Source: Octopus vulgaris
Taxonomy: Eukaryota
Direction of reading: 5' to 3'
DNA length: 64,000 nt
NCBI GenBank assembly: GCA_951406725.2
Contig: OX597819.1
Coordinates: 62,496,001-62,560,000 of the forward strand
The translations under genes were made by a program, and so were the position numbers. The notes beneath the pieces were generated by a model. That model saw only the letters and a program-made list of their open reading frames with translations. It ran no database searches and was not told the origin of the DNA. Of this stretch, positions 43,603-55,397 are shown in pieces (the first letter of the stretch is position 1; each line of letters opens with the position of its first letter).

Positions 43603-46600
43603 ATTTTATCTAGTTTCAGCTCACGAGCTGTGGCCATGCTGGGGCACCGCCATTTGGTGTTGCTACATGATTTTACTTCACGAATGCTTTTTAGCAACTG
43701 CCATTTGGTGCATGAGAGAGTTCGATGCAGCTGCCCTCATCTGCACCTCCTACCGTGAAGTTGGTTCATCCGGGACACCTGACAGGAAGAGATCCAGTCC
43801 TACTTTAAAGACATCCGCATCCACCCCATGCAGGTCCCTCAGGTTCTTCGGGAGGATATTGAAGAGCTGTGGGCCTCTGAAGCCCAGGCTATCACAGTAT
43901 CTTGTCCTACATCTTGATGGCAAATTTTGAGTCCTTGGCACCACGCAGTGGCGCCCAGTTCTGGCATTTGTGTAACTCTCGATGCCAAAGTTTGGGACAA
44001 GTCCTTCCAGGACCTTCCAGATGTATATTATGGCATATCTTTCTCGCCTACGCTCCAAGGAATAGAGTTTTAATCTCTTGAGTCTTTCCCAGTAGCTTAT
44101 ATGCTGCACAGAGGCTATCTTCTTTGTGTAGCTTCGTTGGATCGCCTCAAGTTCTGTGATCAACTTGACACTGGATGGTGACCATAGCTGAGAGCAATAG
44201 TCAAAGTGGCTTAGGACAAGTGTCCTCCAGAGGACCATCATGGTTTCTTGGTCTCTTGTTCTAAAGGTTCTAAGAACCCGTCCGGCCAGCCGTCTACATT
44301 TCATTGCCAATTTAGCAACATGTACATGAAAGGTTGCGTCATCACTAATGTAAATACCCAGGTCACGCACTGATTGTGCCTCTGGGATTGCAATCCCTCT
44401 GGGTCCAGTGTATTCATTGGGTATTGCATTTAGTTTTGCATGCTGATAGCATAAAGCTTGAAACTTTTCAGCATTGAACTGCATGCTATTCTTTTCAGCC
44501 CACTTGTATATTTTGTCCAGCTCACATTGCAGGTGCTTAGTGTCTTCAGGGTTCTGTATTGCCCGTGAAACTTTTGTATCATCTGCATAACTTGTGATCG
44601 TGGCTCTCTGCGTGGCTGAGGGCCTTTTTGAGAGGGCCATTATGAACAGTAGTGGTCCCAGAACAGTGCCCTACGGAACACCGCTCACTATTTGCGTGTT
44701 AGTGGAAGTGGCCCCATTGGTAAAGAAGTCAGTTGGATTGCTGATTTGGAAATGCCCAAGGGGTGGAGTGAAAACACTCTTGAATTGCTCATTTAGTATT
44801 TCACTTACCCTCCTTTTCAAGGAGTGGCCCTATCCTACAGTGCACGGTAGCTGTTTCTTTGGCATACCTGTAGAAAGCTCTGGGGTTAGATTTTATGTTG
44901 TCTATAGCCTAGGCTTCTTTGTCTGCCCTTTCCTTTTCATGGGAGAGTTGCAGACATTTTTCAATTTCCAACAGTTTTATTTTCAGGCGGGACTTTTCAC
45001 TGCTTTCAGTTTGTTTATTTAGGCGATTTGAAACTTTTGTACGCCGTCTCATTAGAATTTTCTTCTCTCTGGGGATTTTGTTCTTGTGTACAGTGGCCTT
45101 TCTCTCTGGGGATTTTGTTCTTGTGTACAGTGGCCTTTCTCTCTGGGACACATTTGTAGCATATGGTTTGTATTACAGACATGAATTGTTGAAGTTTCAT
45201 GTCGATGTCTGGCGAGGAGAGACATTCAGGCCAGTTTTGTTTGAGAATCTCTTTCTCAATTTGTTTCCAGTTTGCCTTATGGAAGTTCAAGCTGGAAAGA
45301 TTCTGAGAGTTTCTTGTAGGCTGCATGTCCATGCTTTCCTTTGGCCCGTACATGGTCAGCTCTACCATGTTGTGATCCGAGAGTAGTGTCGGTGTCACTT
45401 TCACATTATGGATGAGATCCATATTATTTGTGAAGCAGAGGTCCAGTATGTTACCTGCCCTGGTTGGTTGGAGTATTACTTGCTCCATGTACAGGGTGTT
45501 GATGATGTTCAGGAGAGACGTCGCCTGTCCTCGTTCACATCGTGTCATTCCTGGGAGAGAAAGGCCCTCGGGCCATCTGACATTGAGTAGATTGAAGTCT
45601 CCCATAAGAAGTACATTTATGTGTTGTTCTAATGTGACTAGAACTTCTTCTATTTTTATAAGGCAGTCTTCAAACTTGCCTACATGGCTTGGGGCATCTG
45701 GAGGACGATATGTAGCACACACAACTACACCAAGTTGTCTTATATGTACAATTAGTGTGTCACACACCGAGTTTGAGTATGACGAAAGGACCTGGGGTGT
45801 GAGGTCCTCACGGATGTACATAGCAACTCCTCCATGACTCCTTTCTTTTCTGTCGGTCCGTAGTACAACATACTGTGGTATGTGTAATTCCGCATCTGCT
45901 ATGTCCGGTTTCAGGTGTGTTTCCGTAAGTGCTATGCATAAGGCTTGATTGCATGCAACAAAGTCTCTCAAAAACGAGATTTCTGTCCTGTTACTGAGTG
46001 TTAGCAGTCCTCTGATGTTCTGTAGGAGCATCGAGGTGAGGTGTATGCTGTTGCCGGCGGTGTCCACCTTGGGTCTATTTGCTGTGGTGATCTTGTGTAT
46101 TGTGGATAGTCCCATCTGCGAGTTTGAGTTTGATGGAGCCAGGTTAGCTGCTGTACAATCTTTTGTGCCATGCACAAAAAAGATTCTTGTTCAGCAGCCG
46201 CCCTTTCAATAACATGTTGGCGGTTTGTAGCACGCACCACATCTGCGTATCTCCGTTTTGGAGCAGGTGGTGCGTGGTCCATCCCTTTTCCTTTTGGTAG
46301 TTGGTTTCTGACCTGTTTCGTGTTTCTGCGGGAGGGTCCCCGATGTGCAAAACGGCAGCCTGCACCTTCCTCTCCATGCCAGCAGACACCTCTCAGGTAG
46401 AACCTACACACGCGTGTGCGCTGTCTGTTTCCACCATTTTTGGTACATGTATAGTCAGGTTTGCTTCTATCCTTGGCTGTTTCATTTTTTGGTTTTGTTT
46501 GAGTTTTAGTTTTTCCTTCTTTGACTGTTTCAACTTTTGTTTTTCTTTTAGTTTTTCCTCCTTTTATTTCTTTTTTGGCTCTTTCATCTCCATGGCTTTT

Positions 46601-46640
46601 GGTGCTGGTAGGAGCACTTGCACTTGGGTTTACTAAAAAT
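43603..46640 (-). mobile_element. CR1/L2-group-like LINE: ORF1 with CCCH-like finger, APE, RT largely deleted
   Basis: APE motifs NIRGL, LTETHL, YRPP, GDFN, LDL, SDH. Deletion near 44720; SGVP*G stop; YADDTK; RDLG; YSLERRRER. A 37-bp tandem duplication at ~45064-45137 shifts the frame. Confidence 0.88.
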
Positions 46641-46649
46641 TTGTCAACA

Positions 46650-46722
46650 AACAGCCATAGGACTCGAACTTCAATCTCTTAAAGATTCCGGCGAAGTGAT
46701 TTTACCATTAAGCTAAACTGCT
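46650..46722 (-). promoter_or_regulatory. tRNA-like Pol III module (A and B boxes)
   Basis: AGCAGTT-TAGCTTAATGG…GTTCGAGTCC-TAT-GGCTGTT, with acceptor-like end pairing. Confidence 0.6.
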
Positions 46723-47633
46723 TAATTATACGTATAATAAACTGCTTTGTTATACGTATAATAAAAAACTAAATAAATCAATTATTCATTATTACTTATG
46801 AAATATATTAAAAATTAAAAGATTAAAGATGAAAAAGCAAATTGTAAACAAATAAACTATCTTAAAAGAACCCTATAACTATTAACGATCCATATATCTC
46901 GTTGGCTAATTAATAACTTACAAAAACCGTATAGTTAAGAACTAATAATGAAATAATGAAATACATATCTTCAAGAACTAAATACTTATACAATGAAATT
47001 ATTAATCCGTAGTTATATAGTATCCAATAAATACTACGAATATATTTATCAATGAAAAATACTATTACAAATTATCAATTGAAAATAGCTATATATAAGC
47101 TATAATAGAACAAAGTCAACAATTAGAGATATTAATGAATATATAAAAAAGCTTAAAAAAACATAATAAACTCACAAATATCCTTAACACAGTTATAGTC
47201 CAAAAATTTAATTACCAAATTATTTAACTAAAAAATCGTTATTCATATATTAAATTTAAGTACACATCTAATAATTATAAAATATTTAAAAATAATAACT
47301 AACTATTAACAAATATAGTTATTAAAGACTAAAATTTATGCTATCAATAAATGTATAGACATGAAACCTAACTTTAAAAAAAAATCGTATTAATATTAAC
47401 GATCTATATATCTCTTTGGCTAAGTAAAGTCTTACTAATAAACGTAGAGTTAAAATCTAATAATTATACACAACTTCGATAACTAAATCATTACATAACA
47501 ATCAGTATTTATATAGAATACAAAATTATACAATAAAACTTATTAAAGTATTTTAAATTTAAATTAAAAATTTTTTAAATCTTAAATAGAAATAGATTAC
47601 TTAGCTTTGCAAGGCTTTGTGATGAACTAAAAG

Positions 47634-47710
<77 letters not shown>

Positions 47711-47737
47711 GTATATATAGTCTTTTCTAGACTATAT

Positions 47738-48180
47738 ATCGAACCAATTCTACTATATGGCTAGTCGAACCAATTCTACTATATGGCTCAGAAACATGGA
47801 CGTTATCAAAGAAGCTTGAGAGGCGGTTGGATGGAACTTACACTCACCTCCTTATGAGAGTTCAAAATCTCTCGTGGAAGCGTCCTCCAACCAAATAGAA
47901 ATATATGGGAAACTACTACCTGTATCATCTCTTGTGAAAGGTGGGAGAGTCCAGTTTGCTGGACATTGTTGTAGAGATGAATGCGAGTCAATTTCTACTC
48001 TTCTCCTCTGGAAGCCATCTACTCCCGATACCAGAGGGTGCACACTCTCCTACCCTGATGTAATCTCCAGGGATACAGGCATCCAGCAACAGAACCTCCG
48101 TAATGCTATGATGGACCGTGAAGTCTGGCGTAGCATAGTAAATTCCATTGTCTCGACCACGGTCGAACAATGATGATAAT
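47738..48180 (+). mobile_element. RTE-clade LINE 3' end
   Basis: LLYGSETWTL…, [16 protein letters not shown], short (TGA)n tail; 26-bp duplication at the 5' junction. Confidence 0.8.
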
Positions 48181-48227
48181 ATATATATATATGTGTGCAT
48201 ATATATATGCATTCATATATGCATAGC

Positions 48228-48273
<46 letters not shown>

Positions 48274-48950
48274 CATATATGTATATACATATATTATATG
48301 TTTATATATATATATATATCATACATATATGCATATATGTATATATATATATATATGCATATACGTATGCATATATATATGTATGCATAGAGATACACAC
48401 ACACATGTGCGCGCACGCACACACACACACACACATATATTAGAAGATTCCGCACAATTTCCATCAACCAAATTCAATTATAAAGCATTAAACGGTTCCA
48501 GTGCAACCTAGGAAGGAATCACCCGAACTGCCATCCACTAAGACCCAACCCGAAACCACATGGCTGCAAAGCGATATTTTAAACCACAAAACAGGGTGGT
48601 GACCTGGTTTCAGGTCTTTTTGTGCTCTTTCCCCACTCTTCTCTCATACAGTACCATGCTAATGGCTATCTCGATTCAAATCCTTATTGACCTCATTCAT
48701 TGCATTAAATTGCAATGAATGGAGGTCACCATGATATAAAGCCCTACAAAACCTAAGAATTAAGACGTCTGTATCATTTTAAGCAACTGAGAGCAAAGAG
48801 CAACTATAACAGTCCTTTCTTATTTCCAATCTGATCATTAGCTGGACTAAAGTCACATAAGCGATTTGAAAAACATCTTTTTTCCCAGAACCAACAAACC
48901 TGATTTGGTTTTTTACTACCCTTAACGGGGAGCTGTCACCATACTAGCTT

Positions 48951-49013
48951 CCTCTGACGAGCACATGGTATCTATATACAGTATATTAGCCAGCACGAAA
49001 CCTATTGATAAGA
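48951..49013 (+). ncRNA. Decayed hammerhead motif
   Basis: CCT-CTGACGA-GCACATGG…CCAGCAC-GAAAC-CTATTG-ATA-AGA. Core intact, stems damaged. Confidence 0.45.
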
Positions 49014-49443
49014 TCGGCCATAATGGATGTATAATACCGTACAATTTGATTAATGCATCCCCAGTATTGACAAATGTATGAGCACATTTTTTTCTGGCTT
49101 ACGGTTTCTTAGATTGTATGTATGTATGTATGTATGTATGTATGTATGTATGTATGTATGTATGTATGTATGTATGTATGTATGTATGTATGTATGTATG
49201 TATGTATGTATGTATGTATGTATGCATTTATGTATGTATGAATTGTGTGTGTATCTGTTTATATATTTATGTGTGTATATATATCCTATATGTTGTTTAA
49301 CACACACACACACACACAACACACACATATTCATATATATATATATATATATATATTTGTACGTATGTATGTATTTATGTGTGTATATATATATCCTATA
49401 TATACACACATAGACACACAGCACACACACAACACACATATTC

Positions 49444-49482
<39 letters not shown>

Positions 49483-49483
<1 letters not shown>

Positions 49484-49714
49484 TTTATTTAAAAGCAGTA
49501 GAAATTCAACAAAACCTGTTACTCGGAGTTTCACGTTCCCGTTCTCCGGACAGCTTTGTTAAAATTTAACAAAACTGTCCGACGAATGGGAACGTGAAAC
49601 TCCGAGTAACAGGTTTTGTTGAATTTCTGCTGCTTTTAAATAAAGCATATTACTCTACCCCTGCTATTTGAGTACTCTTTTTTCCACCTTGTTTCACATT
49701 TATGTGTTTACTCC

Positions 49715-49716
<2 letters not shown>
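49483..49716. mobile_element. Near-perfect 163-bp palindrome (49483-49645) plus tail, in (TA)n, with two opposed HHR-like motifs
   Basis: Arms ~80 bp, centre tgttaaaatttaaca. Confidence 0.8.
49575..49612 (+). ncRNA. Minimal hammerhead, core variant CCGACGA
   Basis: CTGT-CCGACGA-ATG-GGAA-CGT-GAAAC-TCCGA-GTA-ACAG. The mirror copy at 49516-49553 (-) has core CCGGAGA. Confidence 0.65.
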
Positions 49717-49780
<64 letters not shown>

Positions 49781-49895
49781 TAAAAACCTGATAAAAAGTG
49801 TAAAAGAATGTAAAGATAAGGGATGTATAGAGGTTACGGACCAAGCATGGTGGTCAGGAGATTGATAAAATTTAGTTGTAGAATTGTCAGTAAAT

Positions 49896-49964
<69 letters not shown>

Positions 49965-49968
<4 letters not shown>

Positions 49969-50635
49969 GCCTTCGTTTTTGGAATCTCCACTTATAGAAA
50001 TGGAAAAAACGGTCTTTGACTGCCATTTCTAATTCCTTCGGTATGAGACGAAACAGCTCGCTGCTAGCCAACTTATTTTTCTTTACTATATACTGAACCT
50101 TACAAAGGTCTTGACAATTATTTTGTCGTATTTACATACCGAAATTTACCGGTAAATAATTGTTGGTTACATGAAAAACCACAGGAAAATTATTTACCAT
50201 TTTTATTGTATTACCATGTGGATTCCTCATTCCATTACGATTACCCAGAAGGCGCGCATGGCAGAATTTTGGAGGGAAAATTTACGTTCCCAGTCGTTAC
50301 TTGGTTTTAGCATCTGCGCACTTCCCCCCACTATATGATGTCGCTGGGTCAGAAGTGAGGGCTGGTGGCATTTGATAAAGCTAACGAATATAGCGCTGAA
50401 GAAGTAATTCAAACTCCCCTTTTTTAAGTTTGTGATCCAGAAACACCGTGTTCGCTATTAACGGTGAGTGACTGAATTCGTATATTTGCCACTCCGGTTT
50501 TGTGTATGTGAGCCGCAAGGGCCTTCGTTTTTGGAATCTCCACTTATAGAAATGGAAAAAACGGTCTTTGACTGCCATTTCTAATTCCTTCGGTATGAGG
50601 CGAAACAGCTCGCTGCTAGCCAACTTATTTTTCTT

Positions 50636-50638
<3 letters not shown>
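49965..50638 (+). mobile_element. 552-bp monomer plus 122-bp terminal redundancy, inserted in (TA)n
   Basis: 49965-50086 equals 50517-50638 with one mismatch seen. Confidence 0.85.
50390..50458 (+). ncRNA. Type I hammerhead ribozyme
   Basis: ATAGCG-CTGAAGA-A…CAAACT…AGTTTG…A-GAAAC-ACCGT-GTT-CGCTAT. 6-bp stem I; base of stem II imperfect. Confidence 0.72.
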
Positions 50639-50707
<69 letters not shown>

Positions 50708-51537
50708 TCATATATACATGCATACGTACATACGCCGAAGATCTTGATAAAGGAAACTTATTTTAATTGCTCGACAATTTGTAATGGAAGAAATATTTTT
50801 AAATGGAAATATTCATGGTTGAAATGTCATTATAAATGTAGATAGTGCAGAAAATTAAGCGTTGTGTGTGCCATAATTAAATACATAATGAGTTGAGCAT
50901 AAAAAAATTCAAAACACGGACATTCATCAATCACTGATGGAAACAAAACACCTCACGCCACCCCTCGAAGAGCCAGGAAATGAGAACAGAACCAAACAGT
51001 TGTAAACTGGAAGAAAAAAATATCTTTCAAGAAAATGATGCCCGGGAGGTAACTTGTATGAACATAAAAATGAAATTCTGGTAATTTATTTCTTCATTTT
51101 TTAATAGAAAATTCTTCAGACGTATATTCCGACACATATACCATTTGGAGGAAAAAATTAACGAATGGGTGAGATGTAAAACTGTAGCAAGAATTTATCA
51201 GAATACCCGCAGGATGCAACGAATTTAAATTTCTTATTTGGACCAAGAGAATTTTGTTTTGAATTTTTTTCTTTCATTATTTCAGTCATTTGATTGCGGC
51301 CATGCTGGAACACCACCTTGTTAATTTTTCAGTAAAGCTAATTCTGCAATGAAAGTAAATTACTATGAGTATATAGGTGCAGGCGTGGCTGTGTGGTAAT
51401 AAGCCTGCTTCGACAGCGTGACACCTTGGTCAAGTGTCATCTTCTATAACGTCGGACCAACCAAAGCCATGTGAGTGGATTTGGTAGACGGAAACTGAAC
51501 GAAGCTTGTCGTATATATATATATATATGTGTGTATG

Positions 51538-52076
51538 TAAAATTATAAATATTATTGCAATACAATAGTGTTATTTTCCAGCTAAATAAAGCCCCGTAAA
51601 GGTAAACTTATAGATAGGAAATACTGGCACAACAAGGTACCAATGTTTACGGTGCTTTATTTAGCTGGAAAATAATACTGTTGTATTACAAAAGTATTTA
51701 TAAATTTTTTTTATAAAACTTTTTCACTGATCGCTGTTCTGTTTATGTCTAGGCGTATCAGCCGAATATACTGGCGATATTGATAATTCAAATTTCATCT
51801 TCGGTGAGCCTAGCTGAAGAAGACTAACCTGATTTATGATAACAAACATATTCTGGAAAGTCCGAAACTTGAGTACTAGGTCATCCATTCTAGATTGTCC
51901 ATTTATCTGGTGTTCTTCCTAGAGGTAAGACGAAAAAATTTTTTTATGTTCGCCGCCCGCACACACCTTTGCCTATATACATTCAGTAAAGCTTTCCACA
52001 GCGTCGTACGGTTATCGACTGTTATTTCTAGCAAACATTGGTGCCTTGTTGTGCCACTATTTCCTATATATATATA
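51538..52076 (+). mobile_element. HHR element with inverted terminal rearrangements
   Basis: 51543-51600 is inverted relative to 51646-51703, and 51611-51650 is the reverse complement of the 3' end 52031-52076. Confidence 0.7.
51809..51880 (+). ncRNA. Canonical type I hammerhead ribozyme
   Basis: CCTAG-CTGAAGA-A-GACT…AGTC-C-GAAAC-TTGA-GTA-CTAGG. Confidence 0.82.
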
Positions 52077-52088
52077 TATTTCCTATAC

Positions 52089-52121
<33 letters not shown>

Positions 52122-52154
52122 TGTATGTATGTATGTATGTATGTATGTATGTAT

Positions 52155-52541
52155 ATCGGGGTTTTGAGAGGAAATGGTGTCAAGAAGAACCAAAAGTGTC
52201 AGGCAATGCTGAGTAAGTGCTATGGACAGACTATAGTTAAGCTCCAGGTTCGATGATTATGTGAATGAGAAGTCCGACTTAGGTCATATATTAGCGTGGA
52301 TATATATAAAAAATTAACAGAATGATATAAAAAAATTCAAGGCTGCGAACAGTTTTCAGAACATTTATAAAGAAAAGGCTTTACAGATGTTTCCGGGATA
52401 TTTTATATATCCCTTCATCAGAGACGGTGCGAGAAGGGATATATGAAATATCCTGGCCACAGCTGTAAGATCTTCTCTTTATAAATGTTCTGAAAACTAT
52501 TCACAGCCTTGGAATTTTTATCTCACTCTGTTAACTTTATA
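52155..52541. mobile_element. Foldback HHR element
   Basis: ~105-bp inverted arms at ~52309-52416 and 52433-52541. Confidence 0.75.
52378..52424 (-). ncRNA. Type I hammerhead ribozyme
   Basis: TCT-CTGATGA-A-GGGATAT-ATAAA-ATATCCC-G-GAAAC-ATCT-GTA-AAG. The opposite arm retains ACAGCTGTA-AGA. Confidence 0.75.
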
Positions 52542-53418
52542 CGCACACACACGCACATATATATATATATGTCTGTGTGTCTGTGTTTGTTCCCCCTCCA
52601 CCACTTAATAACCGGTGTTGGTGTGTTTATGTCCCCATAAATTAGCGGTTCAGCCTAAGAGATCAATAGAATAAGTATTAGATTAAGAAAAAAGTACTGG
52701 GGTTATGGTTATAACCCCAGTACTTATTCGACTATAAGATCTTCAAGGCGGTGCCCCAGCATGGCCGGAGTCTATGACTGAAACAAATAACAAATAAAAA
52801 ATAAAAGATGTGAAAGGCGTTTAAAATGGTATTCAGATATTTATTAGTTTAATAACCACTGTACAGGCAACTGGGGAGTAATCTCAAGCTTAGATATAGA
52901 AAAGTTATGGGACCACCGCGAAAACCCGAGATAAACCACGAACAAAGCATTTTAATTTAAGGTTAAAGAATTAATTTAGATGTAGATGCAAGACAGCACC
53001 TTTAACTGTTTCTAGAACTTTCCAAGAGGGTATAGGTTTAAATCTTTTGGTAGAATTTTTTGTAGCAAATGTTAATGGCGTATTATCTTACGTTTTGTCA
53101 GCTCCACTAAACGTCAACAGTAGTTATTAGATCATCTAAGACTGTTATATTCAGAGGAAGATTTCACCACCAGTCACTGCATGCCATAGAACTTCGGCTA
53201 AACAACAGACTCTTAAACGGCACCTCGGAGCTCATATGACATATTCCTGCATAGCAGTATCATGTAGATTTTGTGAGTTCGGACTGAAATGTTTTAATCT
53301 TCATTTGGTATTATACATCTGAAAGAAGTTGGATATAAACCTAGTGTAACTTTATATAAATCTTACTCCTGCACTCCTGATAGACATTTGTATCTAGTGG
53401 CGTTGTCATATATTTCTA

Positions 53419-53944
53419 TTGGGTTTTCCGGAAAGTTCGTGTCAAATTACAGTAGCTTACCTTTCGACTTATTTTAGAACATGGTTGAGTCCATAAAATA
53501 GGATTAGACTACACCTCCATTTAGAGCACAGTTTAAGTTATCTTTTCGTGGAAGAAGGTTTATGTTCCTATAACCTGTGTTAATTTTGTAACCCTTTAAA
53601 ATGGAAGATAAGAAAGTTCATTTTCGGCACTTGATGTTTTGGGAACCAGACAAAAATTGCTGCAGATATTGTTCCTTCGGATTTCCACTTATTCAGGTCT
53701 CTGCAGAATAGTCTTAATGGTAAAAATTTCAATTCCTTGCATGACGTAAAAAAATACCTTGATAAATTCTTTGCTATGAAACCACCTCAATTCTGGGAAG
53801 AGGGTATTTTCAAGTTAAAGGAAAGATAGAGACGCACTGTGCAACAAAATGGTTCATATTTGGTTGATTAAATATGTAATTACAAGTATTTATTGACCAT
53901 TTTCTTTCTTTTAAAAATCGGCATGAACTTTCCGGACAACCCAA
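53419..53944 (+). mobile_element. Internally deleted mariner, same family as 9947-11137
   Basis: Same TIRs and TA flanks; 5' UTR/N-terminus joined to the PSDFHLFRSLQN C-terminus. Confidence 0.92.
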
Positions 53945-55397
53945 TATCTACAGTGAAACCCTGAAGTAGTTTTAAATTCAGTGGGTCCTTCATATACAAC
54001 TGACTTCAGTGATGTAAAGATTGAAAAATGAATTTAATGGGGTTGTAATCAAATCTGTTTAATTAAGATTGTCCGCAAGTTTCTACCGAATACAACTAGT
54101 TCGGGGTTTACCGCAATGTATAGAACCTATTCGTGAAGATGGGGCTATCTTCTAACTTCTAACTCAGACTTTCTGTCAAGTTTTCTGAAAGTTCTGAAGA
54201 GTCTTATTTGAGGTGGGATATAATACAACACTAACTCAGCCATCCATGTTCTCTAATTTTCCAACTCAGACAAAATAAAGACCAAAATGCCATCGGCATC
54301 AAATGATAGACGAAACTAAATAGTTTAGCACTTCAGTGTCACATGTATGGATGGCACTGATATCACTGTCTTAATACTCTATTTATTAAAGCAATCGGTT
54401 TTAAAAGGCCAGTCTTTCTCCAAGCTATACATTATATATCCTCAGATGAAACTGAGCTTAACAGTCTAAGTAAACAAGCCATTTGTTAATTTTACACTGC
54501 TACCACTGACATTTAGAGTGATGTGTTTGTCTAAACTTTACCGCGCCAATTCACAGCCATTTGGTTTGGGCTGCTTGAGATTTGAACTCTGACACAACTG
54601 ACATTTAACAAGATACAAAGCATCGGTCTCACAGTAAGCAGATAAGAATCTTGTCCACTCATTATTGTCGCTCTCATGAAACTAGATAATTACTGAAATA
54701 CATTTCGTCTAGACTTCTATCTTTACAGGAGCCACATTAGTCCATATCTTAAAATGGTATCGGTCTTTGTAATTAATCGTCTCCTCTGTCTTGTTTCAAT
54801 TTATAATAGAATCCAATTTACTTCCACAGGTATAAATCAATTATTTGTCCTTCATCTAAATATAGGAGCTTCATGTGAAAATTAAAGGAAACAAATATTA
54901 CAAGCAATTATTTTAGAGACTTGCAGGAACGAATGTAATAATAGACTTTAGCTTTGATTTGAAGAAGAAGGGACGAAATTAAACACAGTTCATCACACCG
55001 TTTATTAAATTTTATCAACATCATTCGTCACTTTGACTTCCTCTCGTTCTGACAAATTGCGAGGATGAATTAATACAAAATATTAATGACAAAGTAGCAG
55101 CAGGGAGATTGTGAACACAGCAGGTGTGCATAATAGTAACATATAAACATATAAATGGCAGAATAAATAAATAAACATTATGACGCTTATTTTTGATGTA
55201 CATTGTAGTTATCGCAAGTGATCATTAAGAATATTTAGCTTTGGTCCATGACATATAATTGTAATTAAAAATACATATAATTAAAGAGGGAAATCATTAA
55301 ATGGGAAATCGTTAAGCATTCTATTGCTGACGTCGAATATTTAAAAATATTTCCTGATTCCAGCCATTGGTCAATGGCATCTGTTTTAAACATCTAA

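Larger units (their letters stand above)
42779..47630 (-). mobile_element. Very AT-rich HHR element interrupted by a LINE (43603-46640)
   Basis: Terminus homologous to 241-285. 43345-43580 repeats at 47150-47355. TA tracts on both outer sides. Confidence 0.6.
51373..52805 (+). mobile_element. SINE family A split by two HHR elements in its microsatellite
   Basis: 5' half 51373-51512; 3' half ~52570-52805. Confidence 0.8.

Noticed and set aside
51080-51122. Minus-strand CTGAAGA…GAAA
   Set aside because: AT-rich chance match without stems.
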